A DNA stretch of 64,000 bases from Takakia lepidozioides. Taxonomy: Eukaryota > Plantae > Bryophyta. The number at the start of each line of letters is the position of its first letter. The first letter of the stretch is position 1. The translations under genes and the position numbers were made by a program. Location: the NCBI GenBank assembly GCA_030704615.1, contig CM060731.1, forward strand, positions 72,292,001 to 72,356,000, given 5' to 3'. Of this stretch, positions 1 through 12,945 are shown one piece after another. The notes under the pieces were generated by a model. It searched no databases. It was not told the DNA's origin and was given only the letters and a program-made list of their open reading frames with translations.

Positions 1-296
1 AGTAGGTCTTTCAGTGGCTATGAAAGAGAGGATACCTGCCCAATCCTCAAGTTGGAAACAGCAGAACAAGAATTCGATTGTTTGTCTACATGCGAGTGGT
101 GTTAGTCTTGCGTTGTGCTGTGCCACTCAGCTGTATCATCTCAATTTTATCAATGTCTCCAAAGAGAACATCACATGGCCCACAAGTCCGTAGGTATGCT
201 CATAAAGGTCTGCAAAAGTGTACCAGGTAAATTATTCCGTGCTTCTGGGCTAAACTTCGGGATTCACCACAGGAGCATTCTCCTGAAACATAAACC

Positions 297-393
297 TGCG
301 GTCATACCTATGCTACAGCCATCCCATAAGTTAAGCACCTTTGGGCCAGGATGGTACTGGGATGGGCGGCCTCCTGGAACTGCACCCTCTTTT
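297..393 (+). pseudogene. Diverged, internally deleted 5S rRNA pseudogene
   Basis: tgcggtcatacc..atccca..agttaagcacctttgggccaggatggtactgggatggg..cctcctggaa..ctgcaccc followed by tctttt. Aligns colinearly with the array 5S gene, with deletions and several substitutions. Confidence 0.85.
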
Positions 394-1278
394 CAGACCC
401 TCCACTACGACTGTTGCACCGGCTTCCTTTTTTTTAGGCCTTCTTTCATATGCATCAGATGCGGCCAGCATAGCCATGGACCCCTTTGGGGGTTAGCAAT
501 TTGAATCGGGTAATAACAGAGAGAGTGGAATAACTCGCATAGGGTAGAAGAGCCTTTTTGAGTAGAAACTCCTCCCCGTCCACCTGGTTATATGCCTCCA
601 GTGTTGGTGGTTATGGAAAGATCAAATCCTGTGGACATGGATACTTCTCTGAATGCAGTTACGCCCACTGTCTGGGCCCCTTTCTGGGCCCCTTTCTTCA
701 AAAAAATCAAAAGAAAACAAAAATAGGTAAGCCAAAAATTCTTGGAAGTAAGTTATCATGGAAACGTCTCCCAAATGGAAAGAACAGATTCCAGAGCATA
801 ATTGAGTCAAGCATATTCAAGCAAAAATAGCAGCTGGGACCTCCTTGTACATGACTCAGATGGGGAAGAGGTGAGGCATGAACAATTTTGCTGGCTATTC
901 ACATTTTGCCATGCAATAGATCTTGCTAAAAGCAAATAGCTAACAGCAACTATGGCAAGACTGCCTAACTTTGGTACCATGTTTGATCTCATACTTGGAT
1001 CACACACATTGGGGCCAAGGCAGGCCCATGAGCAAATCGAGAAAGACAAAAGTGTGCGCAACTCCAAGTTATAGACAGTCAATTTGCATAGCCTCATTCA
1101 TTAGAGATCCAAGGGTGCTAGAGCAAATTGAATGGAATGTTGCCACTCAAAGCCACGTGGTCTGTTAGGGTTTAACCTAGACCTCAATATGCATTATATT
1201 GAATTCACATATTGTTATGATCAGTACCTAAAACAAGTATTGTTTCCTAAACAAGAAAAATGTTGCGCATTTGTTCCT

Positions 1279-3138
1279 TAGGGAGGTTGGGTAGCTGCGT
1301 AAGTAGGCTCACGCCAGCAGGCGTGAGCACAAAGGCATATTCTGAATATTCGAAAGATTCTGGAGAATATGCAATTGTGAAACCAAAATGCGCTCATGCG
1401 GTAAGAAATACGAAACTATCTGAAAACCGTGCTTATCTGCCAAAACTCAAAGGTCAGCACACGTAGTTTTCGCCAGCGAGACTTGTATTTTTGCCAACGA
1501 AACTTGGGTTTCGTCGGCAAAATTGGGATTTGGTTTTTCTTTTTAAATTAGTTTTTAAGGTTTCTCCCTTTCAAGCTCATTCTATATGTTTAAGATTATA
1601 TTTAGACACCATGGAGACCCTAATAACGCAGAAAGACCCTATGTCCGTCTATTATATATATTTCCGCTGTCATACATATGACCCCTATAACCGTGGATCT
1701 TTTTTGTGCTCACGCGATACCAAGTAGACTCTGCCTTCTAGTTAAAATTACTAGCTCAAGAGGTTGGGTAACTGCTCACACCAACGAACCTGAACACAGA
1801 GGCATATTCTGCATATTCCCCAAGAATACTTATAATATGCAAAAGCGAAACCAAAATGTGCTCATACGAAAAAATGCGAAACTATTTGAGAACCGTGCTC
1901 ACGCGACAAAACTTATGAAATTAATCGTCCAAAGCTTTAACTCACGTGAGCACAAAAATCCACAAATATGTCTCCCAGACTTCTCAGGTCAGCACACATA
2001 AACAATGTGGCATTTGGTAAAACATTGTGTATAGAACATCCCCAAGAACCACGCAAAAAATGGGTTTCGCCAATTGGTTTTCGTCGGCGAAATTGGGGGT
2101 TTGGTTTTCGAGTGCGTGTTTTTTTTTTTTAAAGGTTTCTCCCTTTCAAGCTCCTTCTATATGCTTAAGATTATATTTAGACACCATGGAGACCCTATGT
2201 TCATCTACTATATGTATTTCTGCTGACATACATTATCACCCCTATAGCCGTGGATCATGCTCACGCGGCGATTTTTTTATTACTCATGCTATACCTTTCC
2301 CCCTAGCTCAAGAGGTTGGGTAGCGTGTGAGCAAGCTCACGCGAGCATATAGGCATATTTCCCAAGAATCCGGAGAATGTATATTAGCGAAACCAAAATA
2401 TGCTCATGCGAAAAAAAACACGGAACTATCTGAAAACCGTGCTCATGCGAGAAAACTTATGAAATTAATTATCCAAAGCACAAAGAGCCACAAATATATC
2501 TGCCAAAACTCAAAGGTCAACGAACGTAAACAATGTGGCATTTTGGTAAAACATTGTGGGCAGAACATCCCCAGAAACCACCAGTGTTTTTTCTTTTGGC
2601 GAAAAATCGCCAAATGGCGACCTCAAAACATTAAAAATGAATATTCTGTCATAAATTCCCAATTTTTTCATGGATGAAATCGCCAAACTTCTACATTGAA
2701 AAAAATAAAAATGGATGAATTCGCCAAATGTGGATGATATAAATGGATGAACGTACATAGGAGTGATTCTATCCAAATTTTCAATGGATGAACAGAATAT
2801 ATAGCTATTTCCTGTAGCCACTTGTGCTATTTTTCAAATTTAAGAAAAAAATCACTGAAAACCACCCAAAAAATGGATTTTGCCAGCGAAATGCAAATGC
2901 ATCTTGGAATTTTCGCAAGCGAAATTTGGTTTTGTGGGTGAAATTGGTTTTTTTTTAATATTTTTAATGTTTCTCCCTTTCAATTTCCTTTTATACGTTT
3001 AGAATTATATTTAGACAACATGAAGACCTTGTTAACGCAAAAAGACCCTATGACCGTTGGCATACATATCACACCATAACCGTGGATCCTGCTCACGCGG
3101 CATTTTTTTGGTGCTCACACCATACCAATCCCCCCCTA
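1279..3138. mobile_element. hAT/MITE-like non-autonomous element, about 3 diverged head-to-tail units
   Basis: Starts TAGGGAGGTTGGGTA and ends TACCAATCCCCCCCTA (imperfect TIR). Units restart near 1752 and 2304 (tagctcaagaggttgggta) and share blocks such as ttatatttagacaccatggagaccct. No TSD found. Confidence 0.55.
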
Positions 3139-3850
3139 GCTCAGCATGCGTGACTAATTCTCCATTGACCAAATGAGAGCTTGCTAAGCAGTGTTTTTTT
3201 TTTTCGATTTTGTAAAGTAGCTGGCGAGTCTATTTGTCTCATGTAACTAGTGCTCATGTGGCGAAATCAATCAACAGACTCATTTTTTTTTGTGGCTATA
3301 GGCAAAATATTTACATGTAAATATGGCGCATGATTTTGATTTATTTGGAGCATTTGGTGGCTAATTTTTTTGTAGAGGTGGTGAAATAATATGGCGAGTC
3401 AATTGTGGTTTGGATGGCGATTTTCAGTTACAAAGCTGCTAATGTGTGGCACCCTAGACCCTTAAAAAAGAGCTTTCTGGCGAATATAACTTGGAAGAAA
3501 TACAGACTCTGAACTGCAAATAAATCCATTCACATATGGACTGACCGAAACATAAAGATAGAGCTGCGGGGGGGATGAACCCCTGAGACTGCCCTCTGCA
3601 GCACAACTCACATGCACTTACAAAACAAAAATGACATCAAATGTGACCAACACATGCAACAGTTCAGATATGGATCCACGGAATAGGGTGTCATAACATG
3701 CCGACAGCAAGGAAATAAGAGGTCTGGCTGATCAGTATTCATATTGTCCATATGAATTAGTTCAAACACATTGAACCATAACAAGCCATGTCTACATTTG
3801 CACACTCAAATGGTGCCTTGGATTTGCCATAATCTTTGTAGCCAACACCT

Positions 3851-5200
3851 CTAAGCATCAAATGCACAGCGAGCCCGAGTAGCTCTCCATTGCTGAATTG
3901 TCTCATCGTATGGAAAATTTTCCAAGGTGTAAAACCTTTGAGCAAACATGCGCACAACAAGAGGCAAATGGGTACATAATTTTGACTCGACAAAAGCCAA
4001 AGTGCTGAAGCACCCAGCGCATGTGTATGGTGTCATGGTTACACTCCAATAAAGATCTAAATGCCCAAACATGTCTGACTTGTAGGCAGAGTTCTGGTCA
4101 TTGTACATAGTGAAAATATCACCTTGACACACTTTTATCGCTGCCACCAGATCATATACGAATATATCCCGCATCTGGGCAAACTTAATCAACGAATGAA
4201 CAGTTTCCAGCAAAGGCAAAAGACAAGCAAGGCTACAAAGTGACTCATAGTTCACCTTTGTTTGACTATTTGTTGCACTGTCCAAGGCCATCTTCATGAG
4301 CAAGGTACGGTATTCTGACATCACACACTTGGCTGGGCTCAACATAGAAATCCAGCAGGTTTCCACATTTCTGAACAACTTGTTCCCTTTTGTTTCCATG
4401 ACATGGTAGCCAGTTTTGTAAACTCCACATGCCTCTTTGGTGAATGAACAAAATAGGTGTACAAAGTTTGTAATAAATTCTCAAGTTTGCTTATCAGTGT
4501 CAAGTTTGACAGTACTTGCACCGCCAAGTTAGTGCGATGGGCCATGCAATGTATCCCCAAAGAGTGAGGGGTCCATGCATCATGGTCTGTCGTGTTACTC
4601 CATTTCTCACCCCTTGAAAGACATTTACTCCATCAGCCCCAAAGCTCAATAGTTTGTCTCTAATGCGCTCTTGTGGCATGCCTCCACCTATCGTGAGTGC
4701 TTCCATGATCTTCTTTATGAGATTATCAGATCCTCCCTCCTCCACAACTCTCTCTAGAGAAAGTAAGATATGAGCAACATAAGCATGAACTGAAATCCAT
4801 GATTTGGCTGACTGTTGAGACTTCGTCACATGTTAAAGCCACAAACTTAGTAACCCCAATAACATATATTGTTGCTTCCATGACAGTGGTATGCATATGT
4901 TCAACCATTGACCACCCTGTTGTATCAGACCAGTGCTTCTTTGGGTTTCTCGAAACATTTAGGAAATCAAAGAGCCATTTACATGACTCATATTCTGTCA
5001 TAGGACGCCCCTGTTGGGGGATGTGAAACACTGTGGCAAACTGAACTACCTTTCTTTTCTTTTCACTTGCCACTGCATTCGTTATTTGGCTGACACTAAC
5101 TCACGACTGCGGGAGCCCATCCACTATTTGGTGAAGTAGAAATCACCTTTTTTTTTTTACTGAAGTACCAGCAATCTCCCTGTCAGCCTTCCTACGCCCA
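3851..5200 (-). pseudogene. hAT-superfamily (ZNF862-like) transposase remnant, multiply frameshifted
   Basis: Overlapping ORF pieces contain FVALTCDEVS, SFGADGVNVFQG, GIHCMAHRTNLAV (CxxH motif), YFVHSPKR and NVETCWIS (TRW-like). Confidence 0.85.
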
Positions 5201-5562
5201 ACATGTTTTTGCAGGGGGGGGATTTGAAAGCCTAATCGACATTTCCTTCAAACTGTCGTTTCAACGTGATGGGATAGGGATGGGATACTATGGATACTAT
5301 TGTTCATTTGATAATTTGTTGCTCAAACGACAATTGTGTGTCGAACCATCATTTTTCAACAGGCTCATTCCACATTGGCTACTTACATTCGACATTTAAC
5401 ATTCTTAACATTCTAACGTTGACTACAAGAAGCAATAGAGAAGTCAGCTACTATACATCTATGCATGTCATGCCCAGCTTCCAGCAGATCATTGAAACGT
5501 GAGCCTAAACACATTGCCATTAACTTTTGATTTTGCTTTTGATAAAATGGCTCCCTTGAAAT

Positions 5563-6018
5563 GGATCAGAACTTTCCAAATGATTTTTTAGCTTTGTATG
5601 GATCATTTTTACTATCCTTACTCTTCTAGTGGGAATTACGATAGGAGTACTAGTTTTGGTATGGCTCGAGAGAAAAATATCTACGGGAATACAACAGCCT
5701 ATAGGACCTGAGTATGCTGGTCCCTTGGGGATTATTCAAGCTTTAGCAGATGGAATTAAATTTGTATTAAAAGAAGATATTATTCCATCTTAGAGGGGAC
5801 GCTTGGTTATTCAAATATTGGACCAGCTATGGTAGTCATACTAGTATTTTTTAGTTAAGCAGTTATCCCTTTTGGCCACAGCATCATTTCAGCCGATCTT
5901 GGTATAGGTGTTTCTCACTCGATCGCTGTCTCCAGTATCATTCATCTCAGACTGCTTATGGCAGGGTATGGATCAAATAATAAATATTCCTTTGCATGTG
6001 GTCTCCAAGCTGCTCAAA
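5563..6018 (+). pseudogene. ndhA: Plastid-derived nuclear insertion (NUPT) of ndhA exon 1
   Basis: Translates, with frameshifts and a stop, to [44 protein letters not shown]...[14 protein letters not shown], characteristic of plastid NdhA. Confidence 0.9.
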
Positions 6019-8843
6019 TGCCAATGACTCCAATGAGGACCACACATGCAATTGATGCCTATGGCCAAAATTGGTCCCGGCCTAGCCATACCCACGAGCC
6101 CCCTATTCATATCCATTATCTCTGGTGTGCTCATCAAATATGTAGAGCTTCTGACTCTCTAGCACAAATCCCCACCCGACCCACGATGGGCAAGAAAATA
6201 GCAACAACCTGCCCTGATCCCCAGCACCACTTCATCTCCATTATCAGCTTCTATCTTACACCTTAAGCTCATCAGCCTCGCCTTCAAGCATGTTGCCATA
6301 ACAGGATGAAGTTGAAACGACTTGTCAACTTGCAGGTATAGCTGCCAGCGCATAAGACTGATGGGACCAAGCTCCAGATCCGAGTGAAGCTCGTGCACAG
6401 TCTCATTGATGGTGGGGCCAGCTTGTCTCTCAGCACAGAACTCATGGAAGTATGCAATTGGGTAATAGTTTCCTTATGCTCTCACCAAAATTAAAGTCTG
6501 CATATCCTTGCATAAATATTCAAGCGTAGCGAACGTAGTGCTGAAGTATATTACTGTCCCTTCTCATTGTACGGAATGACGTTGTACTTGGGCTTCGCTA
6601 CCTTCCACCTGCGATGAGAAAGCTCTTTCACTCAAGCTCCTTCACTTCCCTGGCAGCTCCTCAAAGAATTGTGTCGTCACTCATGACATCGCATCGCCTT
6701 GTAAGACTTAACACCACTCCCAGGACCCAACACACCCGTGACCCATGCCTATTCTGGGATGAGAAGGCTCCTTCATTTCCCTGCCAGAAGACTACCAAAC
6801 GGATGAATATAAAGGGATGAAGATTCTCAAAGTTACTAGGAATTGAAGAATATGAACGGATGAAACTTACCAAGAGCGGGAGAGAAGAGCGGGGCAGAAA
6901 CAGTGGGAGAGAAATCCTCAACATGACGATTGAACTACAAGGGTTTCATTGTTGCAGTTCCATCGTCAACGAGCTCCTTCTTGTTCACGATGGCTAGGCG
7001 TATAGATAAGACTCAGTTTTTATACAAGAAGGTAGAAAAATGACAGGTTTTACTTGCTAATGCCAATAGGGAAACACAACAACTCAAAGGTGAGCTTGCT
7101 CAGGCGTGCATTATAGACTGAGTCGTGTGCTGAAGTGGCCACCACAGCATAGGTAACATGCAACTTTGACCAAGATTCTTCAAGCTCAAGGAAATATGAC
7201 ACAAATTTCCTTAACTTCAGTAACAAAAGAAGGAACATTTAAGGTGTCTCTCTTTTAACCTTTAAGCAAATGACTCCATCCATACCCTGCATTCCTGCAG
7301 GGTATATACCTAAATGCGGCTGATTTCCTAAGCAAGCGTATGCGCTGTAATCGGCAACTGCAGGTGTTCTCCTACTTCTCTCTCTTCTTAGGAGTCTTTT
7401 CCATGTCAGTTCTTGCTCTTTGGGCATCAGATTGTTCCCCCATTTTTGTAAAAACTAGTGGTTTCTGACATTGGTGACCTCACTGTTTTTTGGTCCTGAT
7501 TAACTTGCAGGGCTGGTAGTTGTCTTGCCTCTCTCATAAAGTATATATGAGAGACATATTTTAGATGGAGAGAGAATGAGAGTAGCATCATTTGATTGTG
7601 TTATTATTCAAGCAAGTTTGGTCTAGTGTTAACATTGAATTACAGCACTACAACATCTGTCAGGGACAGACAATAGACAAGTTTAGAATGTCTTGACTTG
7701 AAATAATGCACTTTGGAGGACAATGGACTGTAAGTGCTCTATCAAGCACTCCTAGTATATGCCCATACATTAAGAATGTGTGCAAAGAAATTAAGCTTGG
7801 GCATGCAATTTCTCGAGAACAACTTTTCGGTCTGTTGCTACGTGCTTAATGACTCGCTTCCATAGTTGAACTATGTTGCTCTCTTTGCTTTGAAAAGTTT
7901 CAACTGATGAGAGATGTAGTAAGAGCTAATCAGCTTACCATGTCTAATACGTAGCATACTAAGGAAGTATAAGTATCAAGTAGCAAGGAGGAGGTAGAAG
8001 ATAACTTGGAAGGTGCTGACAGCAACGGCGAGAACAGTGACACCCTGAGCTTGAGCCTGTCGATGTATGTATCTCTTTCTGAAACCCCCCTCTTCCCTCA
8101 ATTCTCCCTCTGGACCTCCGCAGGCATGTTATTCTCCTTGTATACATTATAAACAGTTTATGCACCACGTCACAATTTCCCCCAAATAGATTGAAGAGGG
8201 GGTTCCTGCAAAGAAAGAATGTTAACTTTGCATTTTACATACACATCATGTTTTGTTGACAGTTGGAAGGATCAGTTGATGAGGCCACGATTATACATAT
8301 TTATCATGATTGAATCCATGGATAGTTCATTGCGCGACCCCACAATTACACGTCCAAGCTTATAGACTCACCAAGTATAAGTCCATGTTCACAATAGTGT
8401 ATTCTTAATGGTGCACGAATGAAGGTTATTCCATTAAAGAAGCATGATAAAGAGGTCTCCCAAGGGCCTGCTATGTACAAAATGGTAATGTAATTGGAAA
8501 GTTGAGTTCTAACTTTGTACACTTGTATATGTCATTCTTTTTCGATGGTGTCTCCCCACAGAAATCGAGACTACAGACTTGGGTACTCGTAATCATGTGC
8601 GAAAGTAGCTGTCGTCGACATGATCCTTTCGCTGGCACTGCACGGGTGAGGCCTTCTCCATCTTGTTATTGATGTCCACTGCTCAAGCGTCGTGCACACG
8701 CAAGAAGGGTTTGAAGAAGGGTTTGAAGTTGCTAGACATGGGCAAAACCCTAAATCAAACACTTGTAAAACATATCTTAATAGCAAAGAAGGGACGCTAG
8801 CTATGCCATTGGAAGAGCAGTTACTGGCTTTTGGGTGGAAATT

Positions 8844-8990
8844 TGTGCAGTGCTGGAAGGCATTGCCCTCAGCAGTGATCCAAATTACGCAGTGTTGAGT
8901 AGTTCTTATCTGTGGATTGCAAGGAAAGATCTGAGTGAGCAGGTACTTCAGAGATGTTCAGCGATTGGCAGATGGGATAAGCTGCAGCAT
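8844..8990 (+). pseudogene. Short fragment resembling the ABC1K/UbiB atypical kinase C-terminal region
   Basis: AVLEGIALSSDPNYAVLSSSYLWIARK resembles the LEGIA..DPNYKVL..SYPWIARK motif of plant ABC1K proteins. The rest of the gene is not seen. Confidence 0.5.
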
Positions 8991-9438
8991 GAATGCCTTC
9001 GTCTTGTGTGTGCTGGACAAGCCAGGCTTGAGACTAAAGAACATTTCTTCTTTCATTGTTTTCTGTAATGCAAAATGTGGTGCTGCTAGTACTGCCTATT
9101 TAGAGATGGCCAATTCCTTGCAGAGGTGTTTCATTACGAGGATGAGAGATGCCTTGCAGCTCTACATGAGGGTCTCCACCTTAGAGAACACTCGAAGTTG
9201 AATTGCAGGAATTGTCACGCTTGGATAATGAACTTCAGGATCTGAAGCGAAGAATTGATTTCAAATATAAATACATGTTGTGGAAAAATGAATGCTCTCC
9301 TGGTTATTCCGTCAAGACTCATATTTTGACTACATGGACAAGGGATAAATAATTTTATTATAGAAATGAGGTGAGAATTCATGTCCATGAGCTACATTGG
9401 AAATCAAAATTAGATTGGAATTATAGATGGATCAAACC

Positions 9439-9910
9439 GGCTCAGAATTTTGTGTGCCCTCGTCGTTATGAGGCTGGTCAGACGACCGTCAGGCCATCTC
9501 ATTAATATAGGAGCAAACTACCTTCATGCGTCAAGGACTTCGAATTTTTTTGGCATATGAATTTTACAACTACCTCCATGCAGGTAGTTTTAGGATTTTC
9601 TACCTGAAGGTAGTTGCAAAACCAAGCTGAACTACCTGCATGAGAGTAGTTGCATACCCTCCGTAGAGTAGTTTACAGTAAGCGCCAACCACCGGAACTA
9701 CGTTCAAGGAATGGAAACCGGGACCTGCATTGCCACATCGACCAACCCCCAGACCACAACCTCCGCCGTGCCAACAATTTAACGTTTTTTTATATATAAG
9801 AGAAACAGGGGAATAGGGATCGTTTTAATGTAGCGGGGCCGCTGTCAGGTCCTGTCCCCTCTGCGCACCCTGCGGCCTCATTACGACGAGGCCACACAAA
9901 ATTCTGAGGC
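9439..9910. mobile_element. Mutator-like (MULE) MITE
   Basis: About 36-bp TIRs (ggctcagaattttgtgtgccctcgtcgttatgaggc / gcctcattacgacgaggccacacaaaattctgaggc). Perfect 9-bp TSD GATCAAACC at 9430-9438 and 9911-9919. Confidence 0.9.
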
Positions 9911-10227
9911 GATCAAACCTGTCAATCGGTGCTAAAGTCGATTGATAGTCTGTTCGATTTTACAGTGGTCATGACGATTTGGTGGTCTGTCGATTTAGGC
10001 ATTAAGCGTGCAATGTAGATTGGTGGTCGGTCAATTATGCATTAGACTGTGCATTGCATAGGTAAAGTCGAACGAACATGTGGTTCAGTAGACGCAACCA
10101 TTAAGACAAAAAAGTACGACATGCAGGTTTTGTGTTTTAGACTTGGGTTAATCTATGTGTATCCGACATTTTCGTGTCGATTTTCCAGTCGAATAAACCC
10201 CCCTTCTGTTGTTGTGGGAACTTCTCC

Positions 10228-10627
10228 TCCCGGTATTCAATTTGTCTAGAGTAGCAATGGTATCTTTCACAAGAATGGGGATGCCATGAAGGCCCCCTAT
10301 GTATCCGCCGGCCATCTGGCGCTCTGTGTCTGCTATATCAGCCAGTGCCAACGCATCGGGATTGACCTCTATTATCGCATGAAGAATGGGGTTGTATTGA
10401 GCTATCCGCTGCAGACATCCACACCTACAATTAATTCCGGGGGAGTTTGATAACGAACTACTACCAAGAAGACAGACTCAAAGGTGGCTGTGACCTCATT
10501 GCATGAAGCAATGTCGTTCGAGCTAGAAGCCATTAGCACCTGGAAGAAGGTAGTTAGATCGTCCTTGCACTAGCAATTTGCAGCAATGAGGAAATGAGCA
10601 AATCTGTAATGTGCTGAGCGCCGCCAT
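10228..10627 (-). pseudogene. Truncated amidase-family gene (N-terminal part)
   Basis: LQRIAQYNPILHAIIEVNPDALALAD...GGLHGIPILVKDTIATLDKLNT is the amidase N-terminal region with the catalytic Lys motif. Homology stops after it and the upstream part is disrupted. Confidence 0.8.
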
Positions 10628-10694
10628 GGCTGCTTGCACGCTTAGTACTTGCTGCCAAACCTAGCTAATCCTTCTCACTAAAATGCAGGGCACC

Positions 10695-11245
10695 CATCTC
10701 CACCAAAACTCTGTACCCAGGGGATATGCTCTTATCCTCTACCGGTTTTTGGGTACAAGGGGAAAATAGTGCGGAAAACGAGCTAAGCTAGAAGTGAGGA
10801 ATCTACTCGTCAGCTAGAATACAATCATGCAACATACTCACCCTTTCTAACAGAGGAGCCCTCCCTCCCTATTGGCTGCTCTAATCCTCTCCCTTTTTTT
10901 CGACCTTCAGGAATAGCCCCTACCAGAATTTGGGACCCTTATAACCTCCTAATGAAAGCTGATGGCATGCACATGCCAAGGTAGACCTTCATATCCGCCA
11001 TGATTATTACCATGTAACTGGAACATTCATCTATTGTCGACCAAGATGTGCTTGGACATCTTTAACCCTATACAAAGATATTGACCGTAACTCTCGCTAG
11101 ATGGCAACACCGTTGGAAATTAGGACCCCTCTCAATTTTTACTGCATACACACACATAATTTCACTCTCTCCATAGTAATCTCCGAAACCTAACGGCCTC
11201 TTGTTTTAAAAATATTCACCTTATAGCATCAAATATCTCATAACA
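10695..11245 (-). mobile_element. LTR-like relic with tRNA-Ala PBS, related to the element at 33.4-35.8 kb
   Basis: Minus strand reads ...ttcccctt..AGAGGATAAGAGCATATCC..tttTGGTGGAGATGGG, with the same motifs and spacing as 33403-33475. The distal boundary is approximate. Confidence 0.5.
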
Positions 11246-12945
11246 ATATTACCAACAAATAACCAAGGTACATACTAAATATAAGCATACACCCCATTGC
11301 ACAGAGGGGCAATAGCCGTGCAAAGCGGCTCTTAGTTACGTCGGCTACTGTTGCAAAGACACGTCTTGGATTTGAAACACCAACATACATGGGTCCCATG
11401 AATATGGGGGCAGAATTCCATAGTCTACAATTCCAACAAATACGTGGACCACAGCAACTCTTGTATAGACAGTTCTCATTTTAACACAGTTCTCAGCAGG
11501 TCTGTCCAGTGCAAGCATCGCTTGGTACCTCGCTATTCACGAAGTTCTCTTGTTTTCCATCTACAGTGACAAGAAGTTGATTTCTCCGTGACAGAAAACA
11601 CAACGTGTATGTCCTCTCGATGCTGTGTGACCGACAGTCTCCCATCGTCTCAATATTGTGAGCTACAGCATTGTTTAAACCAACTTATACATGCCCACCT
11701 TGTACTGGATGGCCCGCTTTCGGTGTGACCGGTCTGTAATTCACTCTCTATCTCTCGTCCCCATAGTGGAAAGCGGTGACCCCAGACAAAAGGAGATGGG
11801 TGAGCAGTCATAGGGATCTTCCTTGGATTTTTTATTTGTTGTGAAGACGAACGACCAAGCACTCACCCATTTTCTGCCAATCACACACTCGTCTGTGCCT
11901 CCACCAAATCTCATTGACAGTGCTCAAATGAACCAATTTCAGTGAAACTGGGCAATTAGCTGTAGAAGGGTTCCGACATTCTCCAGGCTCTCTGCCCTCA
12001 GCTTGTGTAGAGCTTCACACCGTGTAAGTAGCTGTTAGTTGTTGAGCAGCAATATTTGATACCTCTGGATCGCAAAGCTCCATTGGACTGTTGACCTCCA
12101 CAGTTCACTACCTAGTGATAGGTCAATCTGAGCCCCAGATTGACAGTAAACCTGCAATCCAGATTGTTATGGGCTGTGCATTAGCACTAAGGTGATTCTC
12201 TATTGACTACAGGGAATAACTCTACAACTTGCTTCAGGAGGGTTAGCATTCCTCAGGGAGTAAAACACCCAGACAAAAATTGCAAATAAACCCACAACTC
12301 ACCTGCGAGACAACCGTTTGTTTCTTTTTTAAAGAGAAATAATATGCACAATCGGAACAAGACAACAATGTGCTTTCTGCTTGAGTAGACAGTGCCATCC
12401 ACCATTTTCACTCAGCTGTTTGCACACTGCCATTTCACAAACCCGGTTAGATATTGTTGCTCTGTCAACAGAGCGCTCATACAAGATTCGCATCTATTGC
12501 TTGGACGTTGCGACTTGCGCATGGTGTTGGAAGCGAACTTTAACAGTTCTTGCCTTTTCTCGCATAGCACTGGCTCATCCAACGTTGTAAAATCGCAGTT
12601 GAAATCCCATCAGTGCAGGCACTCTATTGCCGATACAAAGAGTCTCTTCCTTCTTTCTCTCTATGCAATTGAGACGAGATAATTCAGAAGCCGCTGCGCA
12701 ATAAATGAGAACGGGTGGAGGTCGCAAGCGAGCAGACAAAATCTCAGGTGCAGCACCGACTGACAAAAAGAATAAAAGATACTCGTTAAGACTGCCAAGC
12801 GGTCCTTACACAGGCCGATTCCAGTTTTCAGAATGAAAACAGGTGATGGCACTGCTGCAATTGTTGCAGATATTGAGCAACACGGAAATTTGGATAATGC
12901 AGTAAAACTTGCCACCTGCATGACATAACAATGTACCTTGGGATG

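Noticed and set aside
1165-1174. ttagggttta telomere-like motif
   Set aside because: Only about one repeat unit; expected by chance.
6020-6960. Minus-strand peptide KYNVIPYNEKGQ reminiscent of CACTA TnpA
   Set aside because: Too short and degenerate to support a call without a search.
11340-12150. Possible degenerate RING-CH or membrane-protein gene on the minus strand
   Set aside because: Cys/His spacing is incomplete and there are many stops.
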